Assembly: GCA_026713825.1 (NCBI GenBank)
Contig: JAPONS010000108.1
Location: forward strand, 7,585 to 71,584
Direction: 5' to 3'
DNA length: 64,000 bases
Source: Chloroflexota bacterium
GTDB lineage: Bacteria > Chloroflexota > Dehalococcoidia > Lucifugimonadales > UBA1127
A model generated the notes under the pieces. That model was not told where the DNA came from. It searched no databases and worked only from the letters and a program-made list of their open reading frames with translations. Shown one piece after another: positions 36,416-44,535 of the stretch. Within the stretch, counting starts at the first letter, position 1. The number at the start of each line of letters is the position of its first letter. Both the position numbers and the translations under genes were made by a program.

Positions 36416-38719
36416 CTAGCCTGCTCCGTTGCTCTCCGATTCCTTGTCCCAGAGAGCCTTGACGATCTTGTGGGGCGCCATGGGCAGTTCCTGCATGCGG
36501 ACGCCCACGGCGGCCTCGATGGCGTTGGCCAGCGCGCCGAGGGGCGGGACGATGCTGATCTCGGCGACGCCGCGGACGCCGAAGGGGTGGTCGGGGTTGG
36601 GGACCTGCACGAGGATGGCGTCGATGTCCGGCAGGTCGAGGCTGGTGGGCATGCGGTAGTCGAGGTAGCTGGAGTTCACCATGCGGCCGTCACCGTCGTA
36701 GAAGTACTCCTCGTTGAGCGCCCAGCCGACGCCCTGGGCGGCTCCGCCCTGCACCTGGCCCTCGACGTAGGATGGGTGGATGGCGACGCCGACGTCCTGG
36801 GCGGCCGTGTACTTGAGGATGTCCACCTTGCCGGTCTCCGGGTCGACCTCGACGTCGACCATGTGGGTGCTGAAGGACGGGCCAGCGCCGCGCGGGGCGA
36901 CGGAGGCGGCGGTCGAGATGGGGCCGCCGGTCTCCATGAGCTTGCCGGCAAGCTCCTTGAACGTCAGCTTGAGCTCACTCTCGGCCTTGGAGAAGAAGAC
37001 GCCGTCGGCGAAATCGACGTTGTCGACGTCGGTCTCCCAGAGCCGGGCGGCGCGGGCGCGCATCAGGTCGACGGCCTGCTTGGCGACCTGCGCGATGGCG
37101 ACGCCGTTTCGGAGCGTGGTGCTGCTGCCGGCGGTGAGGCCGTTGTAGCCGATGGAGTCCGTGTCCTTGATGCTGGGAATGACGTCCTCGGCAGGGATGC
37201 CGAAGGACTCGGCAGTCATCATGGCGAGGGAGACGCGGGAGCCGCCGATGTCGGGCGAGCCCTCGGCGAGGCTGACGGTGCCGTCGGGGTTGATGCTGAC
37301 GGCGCAGCTCGCGGGCATGCCGGCGTTGCCCCAATAGCCGGAGGCGACGCCGCGGCCGCGGTTGGGGCCGCCGAGGCCGGACTTGTAGTGGTCGGTCGCC
37401 TTGAGGGCTTCCATGCACTCGATGTTGCCCATGACGGGGTGCTGGACGCCGTCTGCGCGGCGGTCGCCTTCCCTGGCGGCGTTCTTGATGCGGAACTCGA
37501 GCGGGTCGATGCCCAGCTTCTTCGCAAGCTCGTCCACGACGCTCTCGGCGGCGTAGCAGGTCTGCGGGGTGCCGGGCGAGCGGTAGGCCGCGGACTTGGG
37601 CTTGTTGACGACGACATCGTAGGCGTCAATGAGGACGTTCTCGATGTTGTAGGTGGTGAACATGCCCTGCGCGCCGGCGCCGACGGCGGAGCCGGGGAAT
37701 GCGCCGGCCTCGAAGACGAGCTCTGCGTAGGCGGCGGTGATCTTCCCGTCTCTGGTGGCGCGCATCTTGCAGACCATCAGCGAGCAGGAGGCGGGGCCGG
37801 TGCCCTCGAAGACCTCGGAGCGGCTCATCATCATCTTGACCGGGCGGCCCGAGCGCTTCGACAGGACGGCGGCGGGGACCTCGAGGTAGACGGGGATCTT
37901 GCCGCCGAAGCCGCCGCCGATCTCCTGGGGGGTGATGCGGATCTTGGAGACGGGGTGCTTCAGGATCTCGGCCATGAGCTGACGCTGGTTGAAGGTGCCC
38001 TGGCTGCTGTTCCAGACCTGGATGCTGTCGTCGTTGTTCCAGAGCACGGTGGCGTTCTGGGCCTCGATGTAGCCCTGGTGCACCCAGTTGGTGGTGAACT
38101 CACGCTCGACGATGACGTCGGCCTTCTTGAAGCCTGCCTCGACGTCGCCGAGGCGCATCTCGGTGCGGCCCGCGACGTTGCTCTTGGTGCCGGTGTCGGT
38201 GCCGGGGTCGAAGCGGTAGGCCATGGTCTTGGTGGTCTGCTCCGGGTGAAGCAGCGGGGCATCGGGCTTCATCGCATCGCGGCCGACAAGCACGGGGGGG
38301 AGGACCTCGTACTCCACCTCGATGAGGGCGAGGGCGTCCTCGGCGATGTGCTGGTTGTCTGCGGCGACGGCGGCTACTGCATGGCCGCGGTAGAGGGCCT
38401 TCTTGTGGGCCATGACATTGTTGGAGAGGTGCATGGTGTTGATGGAGGTCTCGCCGTCATCCAACTCCATGTCGGCGGCCACAGGCAGGTCTGCGCCGGT
38501 GATGACGGCGCGGACGCCGGGGAGGGCCTCGGCCTTGCTGGTGTCGATGCGGACGATGTTTGCGTGGGCGTGGGGGCTGCGGAGGATCTTGCCCCAGAGC
38601 TCGCCCGTCAGATGGAAGTCAATGCCGTAGATGGCGCGGCCGGTGACCTTGTCGGCGCCGTCGTGGCGGATGGGCCGCGTGCCGATGACCTTGTAGTTGC
38701 GCTCTTCTACCGTCGTCAT
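36416..38719 (-). CDS. xanthine dehydrogenase-family molybdopterin-binding large subunit (CoxL/aldehyde-oxidase-like)
   Basis: Start at the ATG at 38719 (MTTVEERNYKVIGTRPIRHDGADKVTGRAIYG…), overlapping the stop of the 2Fe-2S subunit gene. 767 aa. The active-site loop reads AAYRSPGTP, not the AYXCSFR of genuine form-I CO dehydrogenase. Confidence 0.85.
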   Translation of the reverse strand: MTTVEERNYKVIGTRPIRHDGADKVTGRAIYGIDFHLTGELWGKILRSPHAHANIVRIDTSKAEALPGVRAVITGADLPVAADMELDDGETSINTMHLSNNVMAHKKALYRGHAVAAVAADNQHIAEDALALIEVEYEVLPPVLVGRDAMKPDAPLLHPEQTTKTMAYRFDPGTDTGTKSNVAGRTEMRLGDVEAGFKKADVIVEREFTTNWVHQGYIEAQNATVLWNNDDSIQVWNSSQGTFNQRQLMAEILKHPVSKIRITPQEIGGGFGGKIPVYLEVPAAVLSKRSGRPVKMMMSRSEVFEGTGPASCSLMVCKMRATRDGKITAAYAELVFEAGAFPGSAVGAGAQGMFTTYNIENVLIDAYDVVVNKPKSAAYRSPGTPQTCYAAESVVDELAKKLGIDPLEFRIKNAAREGDRRADGVQHPVMGNIECMEALKATDHYKSGLGGPNRGRGVASGYWGNAGMPASCAVSINPDGTVSLAEGSPDIGGSRVSLAMMTAESFGIPAEDVIPSIKDTDSIGYNGLTAGSSTTLRNGVAIAQVAKQAVDLMRARAARLWETDVDNVDFADGVFFSKAESELKLTFKELAGKLMETGGPISTAASVAPRGAGPSFSTHMVDVEVDPETGKVDILKYTAAQDVGVAIHPSYVEGQVQGGAAQGVGWALNEEYFYDGDGRMVNSSYLDYRMPTSLDLPDIDAILVQVPNPDHPFGVRGVAEISIVPPLGALANAIEAAVGVRMQELPMAPHKIVKALWDKESESNGAG

Positions 38720-39204
38720 TAGCTCTTTCCTCCCATTTGCTCCGCCGCGTCCACGACGGCCCTGACGATCTTGTCGTAGCCCGTGCATCGGCAGAGGTTG
38801 CCGGCAAGCCAGTGGCGAATGCGGTACTCGGACGGGTTCGGCTCACGCTCGAGGAGCGCCTTGGAGGCGACGATGAAGCCCGGCGTGCAGATGCCGCACT
38901 GCAGCGCGGCGTTCTCCAGGAAGGCTTGCTGAATGGGGTGCAGGCCCTCGGGCGAGGCGACGCCCTCGATGGTCTCGACGGTGGCGCCGTCGGCCTCAAC
39001 GCCGAGGACGAGGCAGGAGTCCACGATACGGCCGTCGAGGTTGACGGTGCAGGCGCCGCAGTTGCCGTCGTTGCAGCCCTCCTTGGTGCCGGTCATGTAC
39101 AGAACGTCCCGGAGCACCTCAAGCAGGCTCTGGTTGGCCTCACAGAGGAAATCTGTAGCCTCACCGTTGACGGTGGTCCGGACGTGAATCTTCTCGGATG
39201 GCAT
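38719..39204 (-). CDS. (2Fe-2S)-binding small subunit (CoxS-like)
   Basis: Start at MPSEKIHVRTTVNGE… with RBS aaggagg. …GCNDGNCGACTV… and …CGICTPGF…CRCTGY… are the two [2Fe-2S] motifs. Confidence 0.9.
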   Translation of the reverse strand: MPSEKIHVRTTVNGEATDFLCEANQSLLEVLRDVLYMTGTKEGCNDGNCGACTVNLDGRIVDSCLVLGVEADGATVETIEGVASPEGLHPIQQAFLENAALQCGICTPGFIVASKALLEREPNPSEYRIRHWLAGNLCRCTGYDKIVRAVVDAAEQMGGKS

Positions 39205-39208
39205 CTTC

Positions 39209-40078
39209 TTAGGCCTCCTTCGCGCGCTGAATGGCGTTGCGCAACGCCCGGGTGGTGAGCACGCCCACAAGGTGCGTGCGATATTCGGCTGTGCCCCGCA
39301 TGTCGGAGATGGGCTTGGCGGCGGCCCGTGCGGCCTGCGCGGCCTCGGCGATAGCCTCGTCCGAGGGCGCCTTGCCGACGAGGGCAGCGCCCGCTTCCTC
39401 GGCGAACACGGGCGTCGGCGCGACGGAGGCGAGGGCGACGCGGCATTCGGTCACCGTGTCGCCGTCCATGACGACGGATGCGCCCGCGCCCGCGACGGCG
39501 ATGTCCATCTCATTCCGCGGGATGAAGCGGAGGTAGCTGGCCCCGAAGTTGGCCGGCGGGGCCGGCATGCGCATTGCGACGAGGAACTCGCCGGGCCCGA
39601 GGACGGTGCGACCGGGGGCGGTGCAAAAGTCCTCGACCGGCACGTCCCGGCGGCCGCCGGGGCCCGCGACCTCGGCGACGGCATTGTGGGCGATGAGAGC
39701 CGGGATGCTGTCGCCGCTGGGGGCCGCGTTGCAGAGATTGCCGCCGAGCGATGCCCGCCCCTGGATCTGGATGCCGCCGATAAGGGTGACGGCGTCCATG
39801 AGGCCGGGGTAGGCCTCGGCGATGGCGTCATCCTCGTAGATGCGGTGGCATGGCACGGCTGCGCCAATGCGGAGGCCGGCCTGGGGGTCGTAGGAGAGCT
39901 CGTTCAGCTCCGGGATCTTCTTGACGTCGACGATCCGGTCGACGGCCCTCCGGCCGCCTCGGAGTTGGACGATGATGTCTGTGCCTCCCGCCAGGGGCCG
40001 CGCGGCCTCACCCTTTTCCGCAAGGGCCGCGACCGCCTCCTCAACGGTAGTCGGGGCTACGTATTCAATGGGGCGCAA
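39209..40078 (-). CDS. FAD-binding medium subunit (CoxM-like)
   Basis: TTG at 40078 lies 7 nt after the gggagga RBS. …RPLAGGTDIIVQLR… is the FAD-binding domain 5 pattern. 289 aa. Confidence 0.8.
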   Translation of the reverse strand: MRPIEYVAPTTVEEAVAALAEKGEAARPLAGGTDIIVQLRGGRRAVDRIVDVKKIPELNELSYDPQAGLRIGAAVPCHRIYEDDAIAEAYPGLMDAVTLIGGIQIQGRASLGGNLCNAAPSGDSIPALIAHNAVAEVAGPGGRRDVPVEDFCTAPGRTVLGPGEFLVAMRMPAPPANFGASYLRFIPRNEMDIAVAGAGASVVMDGDTVTECRVALASVAPTPVFAEEAGAALVGKAPSDEAIAEAAQAARAAAKPISDMRGTAEYRTHLVGVLTTRALRNAIQRAKEA

Positions 40079-40217
40079 TCGTTTCCTCCCTCGTTTGATG
40101 GAGTAAGCCGGACAGACGCAAGTGGCCTGCGGAGGCATAGGTCATGGGCCGGAAAACTCTGTGGGCATGGTACCTATGCCAGATTGGCAATGTCAACCAA
40201 CGGGAGGGCAGGCAAAG

Positions 40218-40266
40218 TTCACCGATGATTAACAATTTTGTAACACGAATGAAATGCGCGTGAAAC
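40218..40266 (+). promoter_or_regulatory. phased pentamer array upstream of amt-glnB (candidate nitrogen-regulator binding sites)
   Basis: TTCAC(40218)-n6-TTAAC(40229)-n6-GTAAC(40240)-n6-GAAAT(40251)-n6-GAAAC(40262), an exact 11-bp phasing in an AT-rich patch. A possible -10 TATAAG lies at 40280-40285. Confidence 0.4.
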
Positions 40267-40335
40267 ACCTGCGCGCGATTATAAGTGTCGACCTAAATTT
40301 GGCCGGAGACAAGCCGGTCGCAAGTGGAGGGGTTC

Positions 40336-41526
40336 ATGGATAGCGGGAACACTGCGTGGATGCTAACGGCGTGTGCCTTGGTGTTGTTCATGACACCGGG
40401 GCTCGCCTTCTTCTACGGAGGGCTTGTTCGCAACCGGAACGTACTCAGCACCATCATGTTCAGTTTCATGGCCATGGCGGTGGTGAGCATTGTCTGGGTG
40501 CTATGGGGCTACAGCCTGGCATTCGGAGACGGGAACGAATTGATCGGGGACTTCTCCGTGCTTGGGCTGGAGGGGTTGACGGGAGATGACCTGCTCTTCG
40601 CGACGTTCCAGATGATGTTTGCCATCATCACCCCCGCCCTAATCACGGGCGCGATCGTAGAGCGGTTCAAGTTCACGACATACCTCATCTTCCTGGTACT
40701 GTGGGTCACGCTTGTGTACGCGCCGATCTGCCACTGGGTATGGGCAGAAAACGGCTGGATCTTCGGCATGGGCGCACTGGACTTCGCGGGCGGCACGGTG
40801 GTCCACATCAACGCGGGTGTTGCAGCCATCGCGGCGGCGTACCTGGTGGGCAAGCGGCGCAACCCGGCGCCTGAGCCCCACAACGTCCCGTACGTGGTCC
40901 TGGGCGCAGCCATCCTGTGGTTCGGCTGGTTCGGATTCAACGCCGGCTCAGGCCTGGCGGCCAACGAGACCGCGGTAAGCGCATTCATCGTGACCAACAT
41001 TGCGGCGGCGACGGCGGCCCTGACGTGGGGCGTTATCTCCCACATACAGACGGGCAGGATGAGCGCAATCGGCGTTGCGACAGGCGCGGTTGCTGGCCTT
41101 GTGGCCATCACGCCGGCATCCGGTTTCGTGGGAGTCATGGGGGCGCTGGGCATCGGCTTCGGCGCGGGAATCTTCTGCTACTTCGCGGTGCTGCTGCGCG
41201 CGAAGACCAACCTTGACGACGCCCTGGAAGTGGCGGCAGTCCACGGAGTCGGCGGACTCTGGGGCGCGCTGGCCACCGGCATCTTCGCGGTCGAGGCCAT
41301 CGGCGGCACGGCGGGGCTCATCGAGGGCAACGCCGAGATCATGGGCACGCAGGCAATAGCGGTCCTCGCCACCATCGGCTACTCGCTGGTTGTCACGTTG
41401 ATTATCCTGAAGGTGCTGGACCTGATTCCAGGACTGGGCCTGCGGGCGCCGGAGACAGTCGAAGACCAGGGACTCGACCTGGCGATGCACGGCGAGCGCG
41501 GATATGTCAGCGACGGCGCTGACTAG
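40336..41526 (+). CDS. amt: ammonium transporter (Amt family)
   Basis: MDSGNTAWMLTACALVLFMTPGLAFFYGGLVR…DFAGGTVVHINAG…VHGVGGLWG are canonical Amt motifs. ATG at 40336 follows RBS ggagggg. Confidence 0.93.
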   Translation: MDSGNTAWMLTACALVLFMTPGLAFFYGGLVRNRNVLSTIMFSFMAMAVVSIVWVLWGYSLAFGDGNELIGDFSVLGLEGLTGDDLLFATFQMMFAIITPALITGAIVERFKFTTYLIFLVLWVTLVYAPICHWVWAENGWIFGMGALDFAGGTVVHINAGVAAIAAAYLVGKRRNPAPEPHNVPYVVLGAAILWFGWFGFNAGSGLAANETAVSAFIVTNIAAATAALTWGVISHIQTGRMSAIGVATGAVAGLVAITPASGFVGVMGALGIGFGAGIFCYFAVLLRAKTNLDDALEVAAVHGVGGLWGALATGIFAVEAIGGTAGLIEGNAEIMGTQAIAVLATIGYSLVVTLIILKVLDLIPGLGLRAPETVEDQGLDLAMHGERGYVSDGAD

Positions 41527-41577
41527 GCGAGCGGGCTGTCGAATCAAGCTCGAAACCAGCAAAGAGGGAAAGAAGCA

Positions 41578-41931
41578 ATGATAAGTATTGAAGCATTGGT
41601 CAGGCCGGAGCGGATTGGACAGGTCACCCACGCGCTAGAGGAGGCCGGAGTCCCAGGGTTCTACTACTACAACGTAACCGGCCAGGGACGCCAGCGCGGC
41701 GTGGAAGTGTTCGTTGGCAGGGCGGGGCAGATCGCAACCCGGTCCGCCGTGCAGAAGACGTGCATCCGCACCGTGGTGAGCGACGACATGAAGGAAGCCG
41801 TCATCACCGCCATCACAGAGGCGGCCAAGAGCCCCGGCGAGGGCGAGATTGGCGACGGCAAGATCTTCGTGACGCAGATCGCGGACCTGGCGCGGGTGCG
41901 CACAGGCGAGCGGGGTGACGCCGCCCTGTAA
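41578..41931 (+). CDS. glnB: P-II family nitrogen regulator (GlnB/GlnK-like, divergent T-loop)
   Basis: 117 aa. MISIEALVRPERIGQVTHALEEAGV…GQGRQRG…GDGKIFV… In my manual alignment the canonical uridylylated Tyr51 position is Gln. Confidence 0.8.
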   Translation: MISIEALVRPERIGQVTHALEEAGVPGFYYYNVTGQGRQRGVEVFVGRAGQIATRSAVQKTCIRTVVSDDMKEAVITAITEAAKSPGEGEIGDGKIFVTQIADLARVRTGERGDAAL

Positions 41932-41956
41932 CGGCAGACCCTGGAAACGTCGAAAC

Positions 41957-41990
41957 GCGGGGCCCGTCCCAATTGTGGGGCGGGCCCCGC
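41957..41990 (+). terminator. terminator hairpin after glnB
   Basis: gcggggcccgtccc-aattgt-ggggcgggccccgc, a 14-bp stem with one G.U pair. No strong U-tract. Confidence 0.45.
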
Positions 41991-42078
41991 TGCGTTACTT
42001 GACTGATTGCCGCTCCCTGCCTAGCCTACTTGTGACGTTGCCACCCCGCATGCCAATCAACCCAGAGGAGCCAAACCT

Positions 42079-43263
42079 ATGAAGGTCTTTGCCTTTGACC
42101 TGCTGCCATACGGCGAGCACCTGTCCCACCTTCGCGTCGGGTCGGAGCTGCCGTGGCCGCTGCCCAAGGAGCACTTCGACCCGGAGGTCGCCGCCCGCAC
42201 CTACGCCGAGCACCTGGAGGCGTGGGCGCTCATGGACGAACTGGGCTACGACGGCATCGGCTTCAACGAGCACCATACGTCGCCCTACGGGCTGATGAAC
42301 TCGCCGAACATCATGGCCGCGGCGGCGGCGCAACGGACCAGCAACCTGAAGCTGCTGATCTACGGGAACCTGCTGCCCATACACGACCCGCTGCGGCTGG
42401 CCGAGGAGCTCTCGATGGTCGACTGCCTCTCCGGCGGGCGGCTCATCTCCGGCTTCGCGCGGGGCATCCCCCGCGAGCACAACGTCTACCAGGTGCCGAT
42501 GCGGGAATCGCGCCCCCGGTTTGAGGAGGCGTGGCAGATCATCAAGCGTGCGTGGACGGAGGAGGTCTTCTCCTTCGAGGGCGACTTCTGGACGTACCGG
42601 GACGTCGCCATCTGGCCGAGGCCGTACCAGCAGCCACACCCGCCGGTCTGGACGCCGGTCACGGGCAGCAAGGAGACCATCGAGTGGGCGGCGCGCGAGA
42701 ACATCCCCATCACGCCGGGGCTCTCGCCGCACATGGGCGTTCGCCGCGACATCGTCAAGTACTACGCGGGGAAGCTGAGCGAGAGCGGCTTCAGCGTCAC
42801 GCCGGAGCACCTCATCATGCCGGCCAACGCCTTCGTGGCGGACAGCCGCGAGCAGGCGCTGGAGATGGCGGGGCCGTACACGCTCTACTTCAACCAGACG
42901 CTGTTCAGCCACGGCAACATCACTGAGGCATCATTGCAGACGGAGCAGGGCTACCTGAACTCGGGCGCCTACGACTACGTGCAGCCGGAGAACCGGCCCT
43001 TCATGTCCGGCAACCGCGAGGTCTACCGGAACATGACGATGGAGAACCTCGCCGGCAACCGTGACCTCGCGTGGGGGCCCGCCGACGAGGTCCGCGACAA
43101 GCTGATCGCGGCGGCGGACGCCGTCGGCGCGAACACGCTGCTGGTCAGCTTCAACCGGGGCGCGATGCCCAACGAGATGTTCATGGAGCAGCTCCGCCGC
43201 TTCGGCAAAGATGTCCTGCCGGCGCTGCAGGCGCACCAGGTGACCGAGGTGCCGCTGGACTAG
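42079..43263 (+). CDS. LLM-class (luciferase-like) flavin-dependent oxidoreductase
   Basis: 394 aa. …GYDGIGFNEHHTSPYGLMNSPNIMAAAAA…LAEELSMVDCLSGGRLISGFARG… is the typical bacterial luciferase-like pattern. Confidence 0.85.
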   Translation: MKVFAFDLLPYGEHLSHLRVGSELPWPLPKEHFDPEVAARTYAEHLEAWALMDELGYDGIGFNEHHTSPYGLMNSPNIMAAAAAQRTSNLKLLIYGNLLPIHDPLRLAEELSMVDCLSGGRLISGFARGIPREHNVYQVPMRESRPRFEEAWQIIKRAWTEEVFSFEGDFWTYRDVAIWPRPYQQPHPPVWTPVTGSKETIEWAARENIPITPGLSPHMGVRRDIVKYYAGKLSESGFSVTPEHLIMPANAFVADSREQALEMAGPYTLYFNQTLFSHGNITEASLQTEQGYLNSGAYDYVQPENRPFMSGNREVYRNMTMENLAGNRDLAWGPADEVRDKLIAAADAVGANTLLVSFNRGAMPNEMFMEQLRRFGKDVLPALQAHQVTEVPLD

Positions 43264-43290
43264 GGGCAGGGGTCAATGCTGGGCAAAAGA

Positions 43291-43321
43291 AGAAGCGGCT
43301 GCCGATACGGCAGCCGCTTCT
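43291..43321. terminator. bidirectional terminator between convergent genes
   Basis: Perfect 14-bp stem agaagcggctgccg/cggcagccgcttct with loop ata. The A-run upstream gives a U-tract for the minus strand. Confidence 0.6.
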
Positions 43322-43340
43322 ATCTCAGATACGCTCGGGT

Positions 43341-43634
43341 CTAGCGCCGCCCGCCAATCTGGCTAAAGCAGTCGCTGCAGTAGACGGGGCGATCGCCACG
43401 GGGCAGGAACGGGACCATGGTGTCCTGGCCGCACTGCGCGCAGACCGCCGGGTACATCTGCCGGGGACCGCGGTCGTAGCCGCCGCTGGCGGCTCGCCGG
43501 GCTGAACGACAAGTCGGGCAACGCCGCGGCTCGTTCGTAAACCCCTTCATGGCAAAGTACTCTTGCTCGCCGGCTTCAAAGGTGAAGTCGGCGCCGCACT
43601 CTACGCAGGTGAGCGTCTTGTCCTCAAATGCCAT
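43341..43634 (-). CDS. zinc-ribbon domain-containing protein (double CxxC…CxxC)
   Basis: Start at MAFEDKTLTCVECGADFTFEAGEQEYFAMKGFTNEPRRCPTCR…CAQCG…CSDCF with RBS aaggagg. 97 aa. Confidence 0.7.
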   Translation of the reverse strand: MAFEDKTLTCVECGADFTFEAGEQEYFAMKGFTNEPRRCPTCRSARRAASGGYDRGPRQMYPAVCAQCGQDTMVPFLPRGDRPVYCSDCFSQIGGRR

Positions 43635-43843
43635 CGGTAACCTCCTTTCTTCCAGGATAGGAACGGGACCGGTCACCGATGCATTGAGGGCCGTTTGTGA
43701 CTTTGACACTTTGCATCATTGGATCGGACCACCACCCTTGCACCATACCACAACCAGGAAAGCTGCGCCAGTGGCTTTCTTGCTTTTCAACCCCTTGACC
43801 GTTACGGAAAGCTCAATTTCCGGCGGGCATCAGCATTCCGGCA

Positions 43844-44494
43844 TCACCGCGCCGCGGCGTTGGCGAGCAGCTCCGCAAAGGCGTTGCGCCATCCCTGCGA
43901 GAGCGCGGGCAGATCCGCAGCCCTGCGGAAGCCCTCCACGTTGCCGCGGTCGAAGTAGCGCAGGTGCGAGACGGCGCGGACAGTGAACGCCTCCGGGTCC
44001 GACTTCACCCGCTCGACCGCGTCGCCCGCCTTGATGACGCCCTCGCGCACGACGCGCAGGTAGAAGCCGATGCGCCCGCTGGCGAGGAACTGCTTGGGGA
44101 ACTCCAGCAGTCCCATCTTGTGCGCCAGCTTGTAACACGGCGTCCGCGGCTGCGACACCATCACGACAGCGCCGCCGATGGCGAACTCGTCACCAATGCG
44201 CACCTCGTCCTCAGACAGGCCCGCGATGGTGAGGTTCTCACCGAACTGGCCCGGCGGCCACTGGGGCTGGCCGAGCTCCTTAGACCAGTAGGCGTAGTGC
44301 TCCCAGGGGTAGACGTACGCGGCCTGGTCAGGCCCGCCGTGCGCGATGGGGTCGCCCTGCGCGTCGCCGTCGAAGTCGAGGGTGCGCAGCATGACGGGGC
44401 CGTCGACGGGGGTCTTGAAGATGGCGGTGGCAACCTCCACCCCGTCGATGGTCTCAATCCGCGGCAAGGACACGTTGACGGAGATGACCTGCAT
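43844..44494 (-). CDS. MOSC domain-containing protein (YiiM-like)
   Basis: Start at MQVISVNVSLPR…FDGDAQGDPIAHGGPDQAAY…GENLTIAGL…TPCYKL… 216 aa. Confidence 0.8.
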   Translation of the reverse strand: MQVISVNVSLPRIETIDGVEVATAIFKTPVDGPVMLRTLDFDGDAQGDPIAHGGPDQAAYVYPWEHYAYWSKELGQPQWPPGQFGENLTIAGLSEDEVRIGDEFAIGGAVVMVSQPRTPCYKLAHKMGLLEFPKQFLASGRIGFYLRVVREGVIKAGDAVERVKSDPEAFTVRAVSHLRYFDRGNVEGFRRAADLPALSQGWRNAFAELLANAAAR

Positions 44495-44535
44495 GGGGCG
44501 CTCCCAGAGTCGAGATGGCACAGGGCCGGCCGTCA

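Noticed and set aside
36470-38722. 750-aa plus-strand ORF opposite the CoxL-like gene, and similarly 9975..11561 opposite MmgE/PrpD, 6822..8000, 7876..8670, 8561..9517, 23303..24607, 24647..25846 and 26083..27387
   Set aside because: All are antisense shadows of strongly supported genes, with Gly/Asp/Val/Ala/Arg-rich products lacking motifs.
36416-40078. Calling the CoxMSL-type operon an aerobic carbon-monoxide dehydrogenase
   Set aside because: The large subunit lacks the AYXCSFR active-site loop diagnostic of form-I CODH. No coxDEFG accessory genes are adjacent. It is kept at family level only.
43757-43790. Plus-strand terminator-like hairpin (gaaagc…gctttc plus ttgcttttc) that might mark a small RNA
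   Set aside because: The stem is only 6 bp with a 10-nt loop. There is no upstream plus-strand gene or promoter, so the evidence is insufficient.
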